Source of the DNA: an uncultured Flavobacteriaceae bacterium
GTDB lineage: Bacteria; Bacteroidota; Bacteroidia; Flavobacteriales; Flavobacteriaceae
Reading direction: 5' to 3'
Assembly (NCBI GenBank): GCA_964275995.1
Contig: CAXYEG010000027.1
Span: forward strand, 4,560 to 68,559
Length of the DNA stretch: 64,000 bases
Every line of letters starts with the position of its first letter. The stretch's first letter is position 1. Positions 1 through 8,775 of the stretch are shown in pieces. Both the position numbers and the translations under genes were made by a program. The notes under the pieces were generated by a model. The model did no database searches. It was given only the letters and a program-made list of their open reading frames with translations, and was not told the origin of the DNA.

Positions 1-199
1 AGATTACTCTATTAATAGAATTATTTGCAGAGAATAATTCTGCAATATGTGATTCAATATCTTCTAATATTTCGTTTTTACTAGAATTAGAACTAAATGC
101 GATAGTTAACTTATCTAAATAAGATTTAAGAATTCTATAAGCCTCCTCATCCATTGTGAATTTAACATGAGAGAGGTGTATGTCTTTTGTAATGTTCAT
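1..199 (-). CDS. PspC-domain-like membrane protein, N-terminal fragment (gene runs off the left edge)
   Basis: ATG at 197-199 (minus), 2 nt after the PadR stop. My translation is MNITKDIHLSHVKFTMDEEAYRILKSYLDKLTIAFSSNSSKNEILEDIESHIAELF..., which resembles the N-terminal module of Bacteroidota PspC-domain proteins that commonly follow a PadR gene. Truncated, so absent from the ORF track. Confidence 0.5.
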   Translation of the reverse strand, partial: MNITKDIHLSHVKFTMDEEAYRILKSYLDKLTIAFSSNSSKNEILEDIESHIAELFSANNSINRVI

Positions 200-201
200 A
201 T

Positions 202-528
202 TTATTTATTTCTAATTTTTGTTACTGCATTGGATAACTCTAACCATGATTCATTAAGATCTTTTAAAAAGTCTTTTCCCTCAGTTGTAATATTATAATA
301 TTTTCTAGGTGGGCCATTTTTAGATTCTTTCCAATTATACTCTAACAAATTACTGTTTTTCAATCTCGTAAGTAATGGATATATAGTACCCTCTACTACA
401 ATTAACTTAGACTCTTTTAAGGTCATTAAAATTTCAAAGGAATATTTGGGCTCTTTACTAAGTATAGATAAAATACAAAGCTCGAGTATTCCCTTACGCA
501 TCTGTGCTTTTGTATTATCTGACTTCAT
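202..528 (-). CDS. PadR family transcriptional regulator
   Basis: 108 aa. Classic PadR winged-helix signature (RKGILELCILSIL...YSFEI...EGTIYPLLTRL...PPRKYY.IT.EG). Confidence 0.9.
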   Translation of the reverse strand: MKSDNTKAQMRKGILELCILSILSKEPKYSFEILMTLKESKLIVVEGTIYPLLTRLKNSNLLEYNWKESKNGPPRKYYNITTEGKDFLKDLNESWLELSNAVTKIRNK

Positions 529-536
529 TATAATTA

Positions 537-695
537 TTAATTTTTAGTTTTTTTATTAAATACCATCCCAATACCTGCGCCAAAACATAATCCCAATGAA
601 ATCCATAAATTCACATGTCCTGTAAAACTGCCAATTATAATTCCGATAAGTAAACCTATCCCTGCACCATAAGCAATTTGATTTTCATTTTCCAT
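537..695 (-). CDS. candidate small glycine-zipper membrane protein (52 aa)
   Basis: My own translation: MENENQIAYGAGIGLLIGIIIGSFTGHVNLWISLGLCFGAGIGMVFNKKTKN. Below the ORF-track length cutoff. Lies 8 nt upstream of padR on the same strand. Confidence 0.35.
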   Translation of the reverse strand: MENENQIAYGAGIGLLIGIIIGSFTGHVNLWISLGLCFGAGIGMVFNKKTKN

Positions 696-720
696 GTCTA
701 TTTTTTATTGTAAAATAAAC

Positions 721-939
721 TTAATCTAGTTCATTTTGTTTTATTGTGATTACAATAATATCTTTTCCATTTTCCTTTTTGTCTTCACTTGTAATAATCC
801 ACTCTCCTTGTACTCCATCTAAGTTTTCTCCGTCAATTGTTATATTGATATCATTTTTTACGCTAACAGACGGACTGAGCCAGGAATTACATGAATTGAA
901 AGTGAAAGCAATTAATATAATCAGTATTATTTTTTTCAT
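721..939 (-). CDS. hypothetical small lipoprotein
   Basis: 72 aa. Signal peptide plus lipobox-like FNSC (MKKIILIILIAFTFNSC). No recognisable family. Confidence 0.5.
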   Translation of the reverse strand: MKKIILIILIAFTFNSCNSWLSPSVSVKNDINITIDGENLDGVQGEWIITSEDKKENGKDIIVITIKQNELD

Positions 940-971
940 GATTTATAGTTTTTAGTTAATAATAACGAAAG

Positions 972-979
972 CAAATATA
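972..979 (-). promoter_or_regulatory. Bacteroidota -7 promoter box TATATTTG (TAnnTTTG)
   Basis: Plus strand reads caaatata. Lies 33 nt upstream of the ATG at 939. Confidence 0.4.
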
Positions 980-1035
980 TATAAATTTAGGTGCTATGCA
1001 AAACAAAGTACTAGTTAATACACTTTTACTGTATT

Positions 1036-1305
1036 TTATTTTCTTAGGGACATAAGTGACTTAAAAAATTCTTCAAATCTTTTTGAGCCAAGCTTTGTTA
1101 TAGAACAAGATGTGTTAGGATAATTGTTTTTAAAACTTTTACTAATTAATATATACTTACTCTCCTCTAATTTTTTTAGCTGGACACTAAGATTACCTTT
1201 TGAAGATTCAGTTACTTTTTGCAAATGATTAAAATCACAAGAAGAAACACCCAAAAGTGTAGAAATAATTTTTAATCTAATTGGATTTAGTAATAATTTA
1301 TCCAT
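1036..1305 (-). CDS. winged-helix DNA-binding transcriptional regulator (ArsR/MarR-like, HTH_34-like)
   Basis: 89 aa. Pattern NPIRLKIISTL....DFNHLQKVTESSKGNLSVQLKKLEESKYI typical of small wHTH regulators. Lies 4 nt downstream of a membrane protein gene. Confidence 0.7.
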   Translation of the reverse strand: MDKLLLNPIRLKIISTLLGVSSCDFNHLQKVTESSKGNLSVQLKKLEESKYILISKSFKNNYPNTSCSITKLGSKRFEEFFKSLMSLRK

Positions 1306-1309
1306 CTAG

Positions 1310-1882
1310 CTATTTAGTTTCTTTAAATCTATAAAGAGATACACCGGGGAGCAACATTCCAAATGCAATTCCATACACATTCATTAATAAAAAATTTAGG
1401 CCTGGGTATACATGATTGTACACAACAAATGCAAGTAAAAATAATCCGCCGATTGTAATATTTTTAAATTTTATTATAAGGCCTGTCATAATTAGAACGG
1501 TAGCTAGCAAAAATAATATATCTAGAACTGGATTATTAATTCCTTGAATTAAAGTAATAGCTAAAATAGATAACCATGAAAGTCCAAAAACCGCCCAAAT
1601 AATTTTTATAACTCTTCCTAACTGAGTTTCATATCCCATCTTAATTCCAGTCTTAATATTATAAAAGGTTGTGTATGCCATCCCAATTACTGGAATTGAA
1701 ATCCAATATACAGCTGCAGAATAATAAGAAAACTGAACAAGTTCAGAAAAAAAATACTGAAATAAGCTCATCGATATTATTAAGATTCCCCAAAATAATA
1801 GATTATAACCTAAAGGTTTTAAACTAGTTTTTGTTTGTATTATAGCATCATTTATGATTTTAATTTGTTCTTCTTTTGTCAT
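1310..1882 (-). CDS. hypothetical polytopic membrane protein
   Basis: 190 aa, about six hydrophobic segments. Apparently co-transcribed with the wHTH regulator. Confidence 0.6.
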   Translation of the reverse strand: MTKEEQIKIINDAIIQTKTSLKPLGYNLLFWGILIISMSLFQYFFSELVQFSYYSAAVYWISIPVIGMAYTTFYNIKTGIKMGYETQLGRVIKIIWAVFGLSWLSILAITLIQGINNPVLDILFLLATVLIMTGLIIKFKNITIGGLFLLAFVVYNHVYPGLNFLLMNVYGIAFGMLLPGVSLYRFKETK

Positions 1883-1900
1883 AATAAATTGGTTTATTAG

Positions 1901-2353
1901 CTATTTTAAAATAACTAGTTTTATTTTTTTTCCTTTAAAAAATTCAGCTGCGCTTTCGACAGTTGTCTCCGACTGTAAAGAAATACGTACAAAGCCTTCA
2001 CCAAAACTAAGGTAGGAGAAGCTTGGATTTTCGTAGATTAAACTGTATTGAGGAAACTGACTCCATCTCTCAATTTTTCCCTCACTTGCTGGTCTTTGTA
2101 TGTAAGCCAAGACAGCTCCACTATCTGCTACATCCTTAGTAATTTCATCTACCTTAATTTCAAGGTTTCCATATTTCTTGTCCTCACTAATGCTTGTTAA
2201 CTCAACAAAATCTAAAAAGATAGTTTTGTCTATTGAATTATAATAATTGATTGTATTCTCGCCTCTGTCTACAGAAACTAATTTTGACATTCCACAGCTT
2301 GATAGTAAAATCAAAACCATAAACATTAATGTTTTACTAAATAAGTTTTTCAT
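1901..2353 (-). CDS. hypothetical lipoprotein
   Basis: 150 aa. Signal peptide with lipobox LLSSC. No recognisable domain. Confidence 0.55.
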   Translation of the reverse strand: MKNLFSKTLMFMVLILLSSCGMSKLVSVDRGENTINYYNSIDKTIFLDFVELTSISEDKKYGNLEIKVDEITKDVADSGAVLAYIQRPASEGKIERWSQFPQYSLIYENPSFSYLSFGEGFVRISLQSETTVESAAEFFKGKKIKLVILK

Positions 2354-2378
2354 TTTTTTTAATTTAAATTATTCGATA

Positions 2379-2386
2379 CAAATATA
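2379..2386 (-). promoter_or_regulatory. Bacteroidota -7 promoter box TATATTTG
   Basis: Plus strand reads caaatata, 25 nt upstream of the ATG at 2353. Overlaps a perfect 16-nt AT palindrome tataaactagtttata (2383-2398). Confidence 0.4.
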
Positions 2387-2425
2387 AACTAGTTTATAAA
2401 ATAAACCAAATTAATTTTTAAAAAA

Positions 2426-2635
2426 CTATTTCTTAAATTTTCTGTAAATAATAAAAGCAATACTAAAGACAACTATATAAGGAATCGCCATTAGGTATAC
2501 AATTCCATCATTTATGCCCTTTGCAGATGCTTGCCCCTCTTCACTTTCTAATACTGCTCTACACATAGCACACTGCCCTATCGCAGCGTCTGCGACAAAA
2601 AATAAAACAATAAAAAATATAAATTTAAATTTCAT
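2426..2635 (-). CDS. small membrane protein with CxxC motif, cytochrome oxidase cluster-associated (69 aa)
   Basis: I prefer the internal ATG MKFKFIFFIVLFFVADAAIGQCAMCRAV... at 2633-2635. The longer ORF-track version (to 2698) would overlap the DUF420 gene by 61 nt. N-terminal signal/TM segment, QCAMC motif, C-terminal TM segment. Confidence 0.5.
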   Translation of the reverse strand: MKFKFIFFIVLFFVADAAIGQCAMCRAVLESEEGQASAKGINDGIVYLMAIPYIVVFSIAFIIYRKFKK

Positions 2636-2637
2636 AA

Positions 2638-3153
2638 TTAGTAGTAAGGGGATATCATTATATAAACCACAACTCCAGTAACGGCTACATAAAGCCAAAG
2701 TGGAAATGTTATTTTTGCTATTTTTTTATGTGCTTGTATATCATTTGTAATTGCTCTAACATAAGTAACTAGTACAAATGGGATAACAGTGATTGACAAA
2801 AGAATATGGGAAATAAGAATAGTAAAGTATATATATCTAATTGTTCCTTCGCCTCCAAAAGGAGTAGAATCACTTGTCATGTGATAGGCAACATACATTA
2901 CAAGAAATACTAAGGATAAAGCTATTGCACATTTCATAAGTAATGAATGCAATTGAATTTTTTTGTTTTTTATGGCTATAAGTGCAGAAATTAAAATTAA
3001 TGCTGTTAAGCCATTTATAGAAGCATATATTGGAGGTAGAAAGGCTAATGGTTCAACATTAGGTAGTTTAACAGTAAATAATAAAGCAACAACTATCGGG
3101 ATCAAAACAGACACTAAAATTATCAGCTTATTGTATTTAATTGGTTCTACCAT
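2638..3153 (-). CDS. DUF420 family membrane protein (cytochrome oxidase-associated)
   Basis: 171 aa, 4-5 TM segments. Sequence type and position (directly after SCO in a cox cluster) fit DUF420. Confidence 0.75.
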   Translation of the reverse strand: MVEPIKYNKLIILVSVLIPIVVALLFTVKLPNVEPLAFLPPIYASINGLTALILISALIAIKNKKIQLHSLLMKCAIALSLVFLVMYVAYHMTSDSTPFGGEGTIRYIYFTILISHILLSITVIPFVLVTYVRAITNDIQAHKKIAKITFPLWLYVAVTGVVVYIMISPYY

Positions 3154-3158
3154 GGTTT

Positions 3159-3896
3159 TTACTTTAATAGCTTTAAAATATCTTCTTTAAGTATTGAGAT
3201 TTCTTCTTTTTCTCCGTCACTATTCGTTTTTTCTTTAAAACCAATAGCTCCTTTATAATATATTAACGGATTTCCAAAATTGTCAGATCTACATCTAATA
3301 TAACCCTCTTGATCAATTAAAGCAAAATTACCAGAATGCTCAAAACCTCCAGCAGCAGATTCCTCTTGTGCAGTATATAAGTTAAATCCATTATTAGCAA
3401 GTTTATAAATCTCCTCTTGATCTCCGGTTAAAAGATTCCAATTCTTATTTGTAATTCCAAACTGATTAGCATAATCACTCAACACCTCGACAGTATCATA
3501 AGCTGGATTTATTGTAAAAGAAGCAAAGCCAAGATTGTCAAATTCGCTAAATGAGTTTTGAATCTCGACTAAATTATAATTCATAATTGGGCATATAGTA
3601 GGGCACGTAGTAAAAAAGAATTCAACTACATAAACCATTCCTTCATAGTCCTTATTGGAGATCAATTCTCCATTTTGATTAGTAAAAGAAAAATTAGGAA
3701 CTTTTTTTTTCTCCCCATTAATTTCAAGATACATCAGATTAGAATCACCAACATTGTTATTAACAGATCTGCTTCTACTTTCCTCTCTAGCTATGTCATC
3801 GTTGGACAATCTATCAATAATTCTTGGAACAAAGATTATTCCAAAAACTAGTACTATAAATGAAATACCAATATATGAGTTATTTCTTTTATTCAT
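3159..3896 (-). CDS. SCO family copper chaperone / thiol-disulfide protein (Sco1/SenC)
   Basis: 245 aa. N-terminal anchor and the CxxxC motif FFFTTCPTICP on a thioredoxin fold. Confidence 0.9.
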   Translation of the reverse strand: MNKRNNSYIGISFIVLVFGIIFVPRIIDRLSNDDIAREESRSRSVNNNVGDSNLMYLEINGEKKKVPNFSFTNQNGELISNKDYEGMVYVVEFFFTTCPTICPIMNYNLVEIQNSFSEFDNLGFASFTINPAYDTVEVLSDYANQFGITNKNWNLLTGDQEEIYKLANNGFNLYTAQEESAAGGFEHSGNFALIDQEGYIRCRSDNFGNPLIYYKGAIGFKEKTNSDGEKEEISILKEDILKLLK

Positions 3897-4603
3897 TAAT
3901 TCTCAATGTTTTCATTTCTTCTATTATTCGAATCAACTCCAGCTTTACGTTTTTGTCTGTATTCAGTAAATAGAATTCTTAAATCATCATTCATCTTGTT
4001 TTTTATTTCTGAAACCTTTGTGGAATTATAAGAACTTAATCCAAAAACCTCAACTCCTTTATCCACATCGGATGGTTTTCTGTCATCAATTCTACCTCTT
4101 TGATTTAAGTCTTTATCCACAATAAAAATGTAAGGAGATGATAAGTCATTACTTAAGTTGTTAGAGGATTTAAGAGAACTGTGTATATCCTTAATTTGGT
4201 CTGCAGTTCCAAAAGCAAACCCCCAATATTTTAATTCATCATAGGCATATAATTCAAGTAACAGTTCATTTACTTCATCTTCTGATCCATTTGGAACTAT
4301 CATTAATAATTGGAATTTTTTAAAACCTTTAAACTTATCATATATAAGCTCTTTAAGGTTTAGTGCAACCGTAAGATTGTCCATAGGGTTAGCACCTAAA
4401 AAAGCAACTACAGTAATATTGCCTCTAAGAACTCGCTTTTCCTCTTCTATGTAAGTAAATGATTCTACATCTTTAATATTATTTTGAACAATATCTAAAG
4501 AGTTGTAATTATGAGTAGAGGGGTATAAAAATAATAAGAATATAACTGGCAAGAAAAATAATACCGAAAGTATTATCCATTTTTTTAAAGAAGTCGAATT
4601 CAT
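3896..4603 (-). CDS. membrane-anchored hypothetical protein, probable Cys-less Sco-like paralog
   Basis: 235 aa with an N-terminal TM segment. ITVVAFLGANPMDNL aligns by eye to SCO VYVVEFFFTTCPTICP with both Cys replaced, and IFIVDKDLNQRGRI aligns to FALIDQEGYIR. Its stop overlaps the SCO start by 1 nt. Confidence 0.55.
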   Translation of the reverse strand: MNSTSLKKWIILSVLFFLPVIFLLFLYPSTHNYNSLDIVQNNIKDVESFTYIEEEKRVLRGNITVVAFLGANPMDNLTVALNLKELIYDKFKGFKKFQLLMIVPNGSEDEVNELLLELYAYDELKYWGFAFGTADQIKDIHSSLKSSNNLSNDLSSPYIFIVDKDLNQRGRIDDRKPSDVDKGVEVFGLSSYNSTKVSEIKNKMNDDLRILFTEYRQKRKAGVDSNNRRNENIEN

Positions 4604-4625
4604 TTATATTTATATAAGAAGAAGC

Positions 4626-5006
4626 TTAAAAATCTCTTTTTATATATCCTTGATCGTAAGTGTCAAATATATATCCTGCCTCTTGAATTAAAATCCACAT
4701 TAGGTAGCAAATTAAAAATATTGCAGTCCAAACAACAACTCTTCTAAGAGTTGGAGTTTCATCACGCATATGCATGAAGTCCCATGTAATGTAATATGCT
4801 TTAACAATGGTTAAAATAATAAATATCCAATTTAAAATTTTCATGCTTAAAAAGCTTTCCATCATAAATGCAGGCTTAATTATACCTAAAACTACTTCCA
4901 CAGTTGTAACTATGGTAAGTAAGATTAGTACTCCCCAAATCTTTTGCGTGTTAGATTTAAATTTAATTAAACCTCTAAAAATTTCTAACTTATGAGCGTC
5001 AGCCAT
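4626..5006 (-). CDS. cytochrome c oxidase subunit IV family protein
   Basis: 126 aa, 3 TM segments. Lies immediately downstream of the subunit III genes. Confidence 0.7.
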   Translation of the reverse strand: MADAHKLEIFRGLIKFKSNTQKIWGVLILLTIVTTVEVVLGIIKPAFMMESFLSMKILNWIFIILTIVKAYYITWDFMHMRDETPTLRRVVVWTAIFLICYLMWILIQEAGYIFDTYDQGYIKRDF

Positions 5007-5021
5007 ATCAATAATATATAA

Positions 5022-5999
5022 TTAAACTAAATAGAAAAATGTAAATACAAATACCCAAACCAAATCAACAAAGTGCCAATACAAACCTACTTTTTCAACC
5101 ATTTCATAACTTCCTCTTCTTTGGTATGTACCAAGTATAACATTAAAAAATATAATTATGTTTAGAACTACTCCAGAAAAAACATGGAAGCCATGAAACC
5201 CAGTTATAAAAAAGAAAAAGTCTGCAAAGAGTGGAGTTCCGTATTCATTGTCAATAAGGTTTGCCCCTTCAACGACATAAGAACCATTATCTACTAGCAT
5301 TTTTAACGACTCCTCTCTTGAAAGTACTGTTTTATGAGTACCTTCAATAATTTGTGTTCTTACTAAAAGGTTTGGTGATGCTTCAAAACCTTCTATAACC
5401 TCATCAAGAGTGTAATCTGATAAAGTTGATTCAGACATAAACCAAACTCCATTTTTAGCAAGGTTTTGCTCTCTTTCAGTTTCGATTGAAGTAGCAAAAT
5501 CTTTTAGCGCTACTCGTTTATTAGAATCTGCATCAACAAACTGGATTATATTACCTCCATTAGTTTTTACTGCCCCATAATCTCCCTTGATAAAAGTTGC
5601 CCATTCCCAAGCTTGAGAACCAACGAATATTAGACCTCCGATAATTGTTAAGAACATATAAAAAGTCACTTTAGCCTGCTTCATATGATGGCCAGCATCA
5701 ACTGCTAGCACCATTGTAACGGATGACATAATTAATACAAATGTCATAAAAGCAACATAAATCATTGGTAATTCTTGTCCATGCATAAATGGCACGTGAG
5801 TAAAAACCTCATCGGCTATTGGCCATGAATCAATAAACTTAAATCTTGAAAATCCATAAGCTGCTAAAAAACCTGAAAAAGTCAATGCATCAGAAACAAT
5901 AAAAAACCACATCATTAACTTTCCATAGCTAGCCTTCATGGGTTTATTCCCTCCGGACCAATCTTCATTTTGACTTGTTGCAGATACTGTAGAACTCAT
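5022..5999 (-). CDS. ctaE: cytochrome c oxidase subunit III (long form with soluble insertion)
   Basis: 325 aa. C-terminal signature HGFHVFSGV...LYWHFVDLVWVFVFTFFYLV. Confidence 0.9.
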   Translation of the reverse strand: MSSTVSATSQNEDWSGGNKPMKASYGKLMMWFFIVSDALTFSGFLAAYGFSRFKFIDSWPIADEVFTHVPFMHGQELPMIYVAFMTFVLIMSSVTMVLAVDAGHHMKQAKVTFYMFLTIIGGLIFVGSQAWEWATFIKGDYGAVKTNGGNIIQFVDADSNKRVALKDFATSIETEREQNLAKNGVWFMSESTLSDYTLDEVIEGFEASPNLLVRTQIIEGTHKTVLSREESLKMLVDNGSYVVEGANLIDNEYGTPLFADFFFFITGFHGFHVFSGVVLNIIIFFNVILGTYQRRGSYEMVEKVGLYWHFVDLVWVFVFTFFYLV

Positions 6000-6039
6000 A
6001 AATATGATTTATATTAAAAACGGTACAAAAATAATTAAT

Positions 6040-6621
6040 TTATATGAAGAAAACTAAAAATAAAAATAAGTATATCCATAAAACATCAACAAAATGCCAA
6101 AAGTTAGCTGCTAATTCAAATCCTAGCATATTATCGCTTTGATATTTATCTCTTAAAAGCATTATTAACACTACTGTCAAACATATCAAACCTACCGCAG
6201 CATGTAATAAATGGAAAAAAGCAATTAAAAAAATAAATGAGGAGGTTACATTACTTGTTGGTCCTGTAAAGTAATATCCCAATTCAATTAACTGTGAAAA
6301 TCCATAGAACTGCAATGAAACAAAAACTACAGCACAAATTACAGCACAAAGAAATAAAATAAGACTCTTTTTTTTATCATTCTTTCTTAATGAAATCTTT
6401 GAAGTATGTACAAACAAGCTACTTAATATTATAATGATTAAGCTAGCAGTAAAAGCACTTGGAAGCTCATGTTCAGACAACCAATCCACTCTTGTTTTAC
6501 TTGCCACAAAAGCACTAGTTAAGCCACCAAATGACATAATTAATGATGCTATTCCAAACCATAGCATCATTTTTTTTGCTCTGGTATTTTTTGTTTTATT
6601 TGAACCTTGTGTTAAATCCAT
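6040..6621 (-). CDS. heme-copper oxidase subunit III family protein
   Basis: 193 aa. Signature HLLHAAVG...FWHFVDVLWIYLFLFLVFFI. Confidence 0.85.
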   Translation of the reverse strand: MDLTQGSNKTKNTRAKKMMLWFGIASLIMSFGGLTSAFVASKTRVDWLSEHELPSAFTASLIIIILSSLFVHTSKISLRKNDKKKSLILFLCAVICAVVFVSLQFYGFSQLIELGYYFTGPTSNVTSSFIFLIAFFHLLHAAVGLICLTVVLIMLLRDKYQSDNMLGFELAANFWHFVDVLWIYLFLFLVFFI

Positions 6622-6625
6622 TGAA

Positions 6626-7498
6626 TTAAAATAAATTATCGATTAAATATACAATTTGTACTAATGTTAAATATAAAATACTCACATACATTAAAACTTT
6701 TGCATTTTGTGTTGTACTTGTTTTAAATAATTGGAAGGAATAAAATAATAAAAACATTCCTAACATGAGGACTATGACTAAACCATAAGTTGAAAGAGAT
6801 AAATCCCCGGTGACATTAAAATATGGGAGTATGGACATTATTATTGCCCAGAAAGAATAAAAGATTATTTGAAAAGTAGTTGATTTATCCTTTTTTCCTG
6901 TTGGCAACATCTTAAATCCTGCTTTTTCATACTCATCATTTTGCCACCACGCGATTGCCCAAAAATGTGGAAACTGCCAAAAGAACTGCATCAAAAATAA
7001 TGCTAATGCTTCAACGCCTAATTCATTAGTTGCTGCTACCCAGCCTAGCATAAATGGAATTGCTCCAGGGATAGCCCCTACAAAAACAGAAAGAGGAGTT
7101 ATTAATTTTAGTGGAGTATATACACATGCATAAATAAATATTGATATAGCACCTAGCATAGCGCACAATGGGTTAATTAAATAAAGAAAGGTTAATCCAG
7201 CAATGACAAAAGTAAAGCCTAGAACAAGTGCATTATTGACTGATATCTGACCCATTGGCAATGGCCTTCCTTTGGTTCTTTGCATTAAAGCATCTAAATC
7301 TCTTTCAATAACTTGATTGAAAATATTTGATGCACTAACCATCATTAATCCACCTAGTACTAAATATGAAAATATTTCAAAATTAAATTCACTCATACCG
7401 ATTAGATAACTAATCACAGATGAAAATACTACACTTACCGAAAGTCGAAGCTTAGTGATTTCTATAAAGGAACTAAATGTGAATTTATTGTCTTGCAC
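6626..7498 (-). CDS. ctaB: protoheme IX farnesyltransferase (heme O synthase)
   Basis: 290 aa, UbiA-type prenyltransferase (NQVIERDLDALMQRTKGRPLP). The start must be the GTG at 7496-7498: a stop lies two codons upstream, and the conserved N-terminus precedes the first ATG. Confidence 0.9.
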   Translation of the reverse strand: MQDNKFTFSSFIEITKLRLSVSVVFSSVISYLIGMSEFNFEIFSYLVLGGLMMVSASNIFNQVIERDLDALMQRTKGRPLPMGQISVNNALVLGFTFVIAGLTFLYLINPLCAMLGAISIFIYACVYTPLKLITPLSVFVGAIPGAIPFMLGWVAATNELGVEALALFLMQFFWQFPHFWAIAWWQNDEYEKAGFKMLPTGKKDKSTTFQIIFYSFWAIIMSILPYFNVTGDLSLSTYGLVIVLMLGMFLLFYSFQLFKTSTTQNAKVLMYVSILYLTLVQIVYLIDNLF

Positions 7499-7523
7499 TG
7501 ATTAATGACTAAAAATATCGATG

Positions 7524-7554
7524 CAAAGATAAGTCTAAATTACAATAAGGACAA
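7524..7554 (-). promoter_or_regulatory. Bacteroidota promoter, -7 TATCTTTG with -33 TTG
   Basis: Plus strand caaagata at 7524-7531, 26 nt upstream of the ctaB start. TTG (plus caa, 7552-7554) lies 20 nt further upstream. Confidence 0.5.
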
Positions 7555-7632
7555 TCATAATTAATATCAATTTTTGAATATAACTTTGAATGGTTAAGTA
7601 GTGTATTTTGAGTCAAGGAAATTAATATAAAT

Positions 7633-8349
7633 TTAGTCCTGTACTTGGAAAATTATAGGTAAAGAATAAGGAACTACAACTGCTTTTCCTCTTTGTTTTC
7701 CAGGCTTCATCTTAGGCAGTAAATTAACTACTCTGGTAGCTTCTTTTACTAATCTTGGATGTGGAGCTCTTGCCCTAACACCGACTACATCTCCGTTTTT
7801 ATCAATTTTAAAAATAACACTAATTCTTTGTCTTCCGGAAAGACCAAGATCTCCAGCTAAATCAGTATTAAATTTTCTTTGAACGAATTTTGTAATCTTT
7901 TGAGACATGCATTTACGTCTTTGTGCATTATTTCCTTTATCACAGCCAGGGAAGATTGGAACATTTTCAATAACTGAAAAAGGAACTTCAATATCTTCTT
8001 CAACTTCTTCGATATCAAGATCTTCAATTTCCATTTCCTCTTCTTGATCGGTCTCAGTAGACTCAATAACCGTCTCCTCAACTTCTTCCTCATCTTCAAC
8101 TATCTCAATAACTTCTGGAGCAGCTGGAGGTGGAGGTGGAGGTGGAGGTGGCACAACCTGTTCTAATAATGGAATTTCTTCATCATCTAATTCATCCATG
8201 TTAACAAGACCTATATCTATATCACTTTTATCATAAACTTTCCAATTAATAGTTGTGTACGATAAAAAAACCATCAAAGCTAATCCTATTGCAAAATACA
8301 ATGAGGCATTTCTAGAAATGTCTGCTTTTGGATTTTTTTTAGACTCCAT
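7633..8349 (-). CDS. tonB: energy transducer TonB
   Basis: 238 aa. N-terminal anchor, a Pro9 tract, an acidic linker, and a C-terminal TonB domain (VPYSLPIIF). Confidence 0.85.
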   Translation of the reverse strand: MESKKNPKADISRNASLYFAIGLALMVFLSYTTINWKVYDKSDIDIGLVNMDELDDEEIPLLEQVVPPPPPPPPPAAPEVIEIVEDEEEVEETVIESTETDQEEEMEIEDLDIEEVEEDIEVPFSVIENVPIFPGCDKGNNAQRRKCMSQKITKFVQRKFNTDLAGDLGLSGRQRISVIFKIDKNGDVVGVRARAPHPRLVKEATRVVNLLPKMKPGKQRGKAVVVPYSLPIIFQVQD

Positions 8350-8409
8350 ATTTTATTTTTTGATTGTGGTTTGGTAAAATAACCAATTATTTGAATAAAA
8401 AGCAAGTGA

Positions 8410-8775
8410 TTATAATTTTAAATCTTTCTTTTTTTTAAGCTTAAAATATATATGAACTAATAGAATTCCTATTAGATTAAATAGAATATCTAAAAACTCA
8501 GCACTCCTTGTATCAGTTAAATATTTTTGTCCTAGTTCAATTAAAATTCCAAATATTAATGCAAAACCAAACAAATAAAAGGGTGCTTTATCATTAAACC
8601 AATTAACAAAAGTCTTATGCCATAAATAATAAAAAAGCAAAAAAGACAAAAGATGTGCTAGCTTGTCGTTAACATGAAAATTAGAAATTGAAATGGAATC
8701 AGATTCTGTCAATCCTAAATAGATAATTAAAGCACTGTATACTAGCGCAACAATTAAACTAAATTTATTCACCAA
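8410..8775 (-). CDS. VanZ family membrane protein
   Basis: 121 aa, 4 TM segments. DKLAHLLSFLLF motif typical of VanZ-like proteins. Confidence 0.65.
   Translation of the reverse strand: MVNKFSLIVALVYSALIIYLGLTESDSISISNFHVNDKLAHLLSFLLFYYLWHKTFVNWFNDKAPFYLFGFALIFGILIELGQKYLTDTRSAEFLDILFNLIGILLVHIYFKLKKKKDLKL

Noticed and set aside
2636-2698. Longer 90-aa version of the small CxxC ORF
   Set aside because: The extension (MALCSRYWSCGLYNDIPLLLI) overlaps the last 61 nt of the DUF420 gene. The internal ATG yields a typical signal peptide 2 nt after the DUF420 stop.
7857-8099. 80-aa same-strand, alternative-frame ORF inside tonB
   Set aside because: It arises from the GA-rich acidic linker read in another frame (a Lys/Arg/Leu-rich string). 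The TonB frame is clearly the conserved one.
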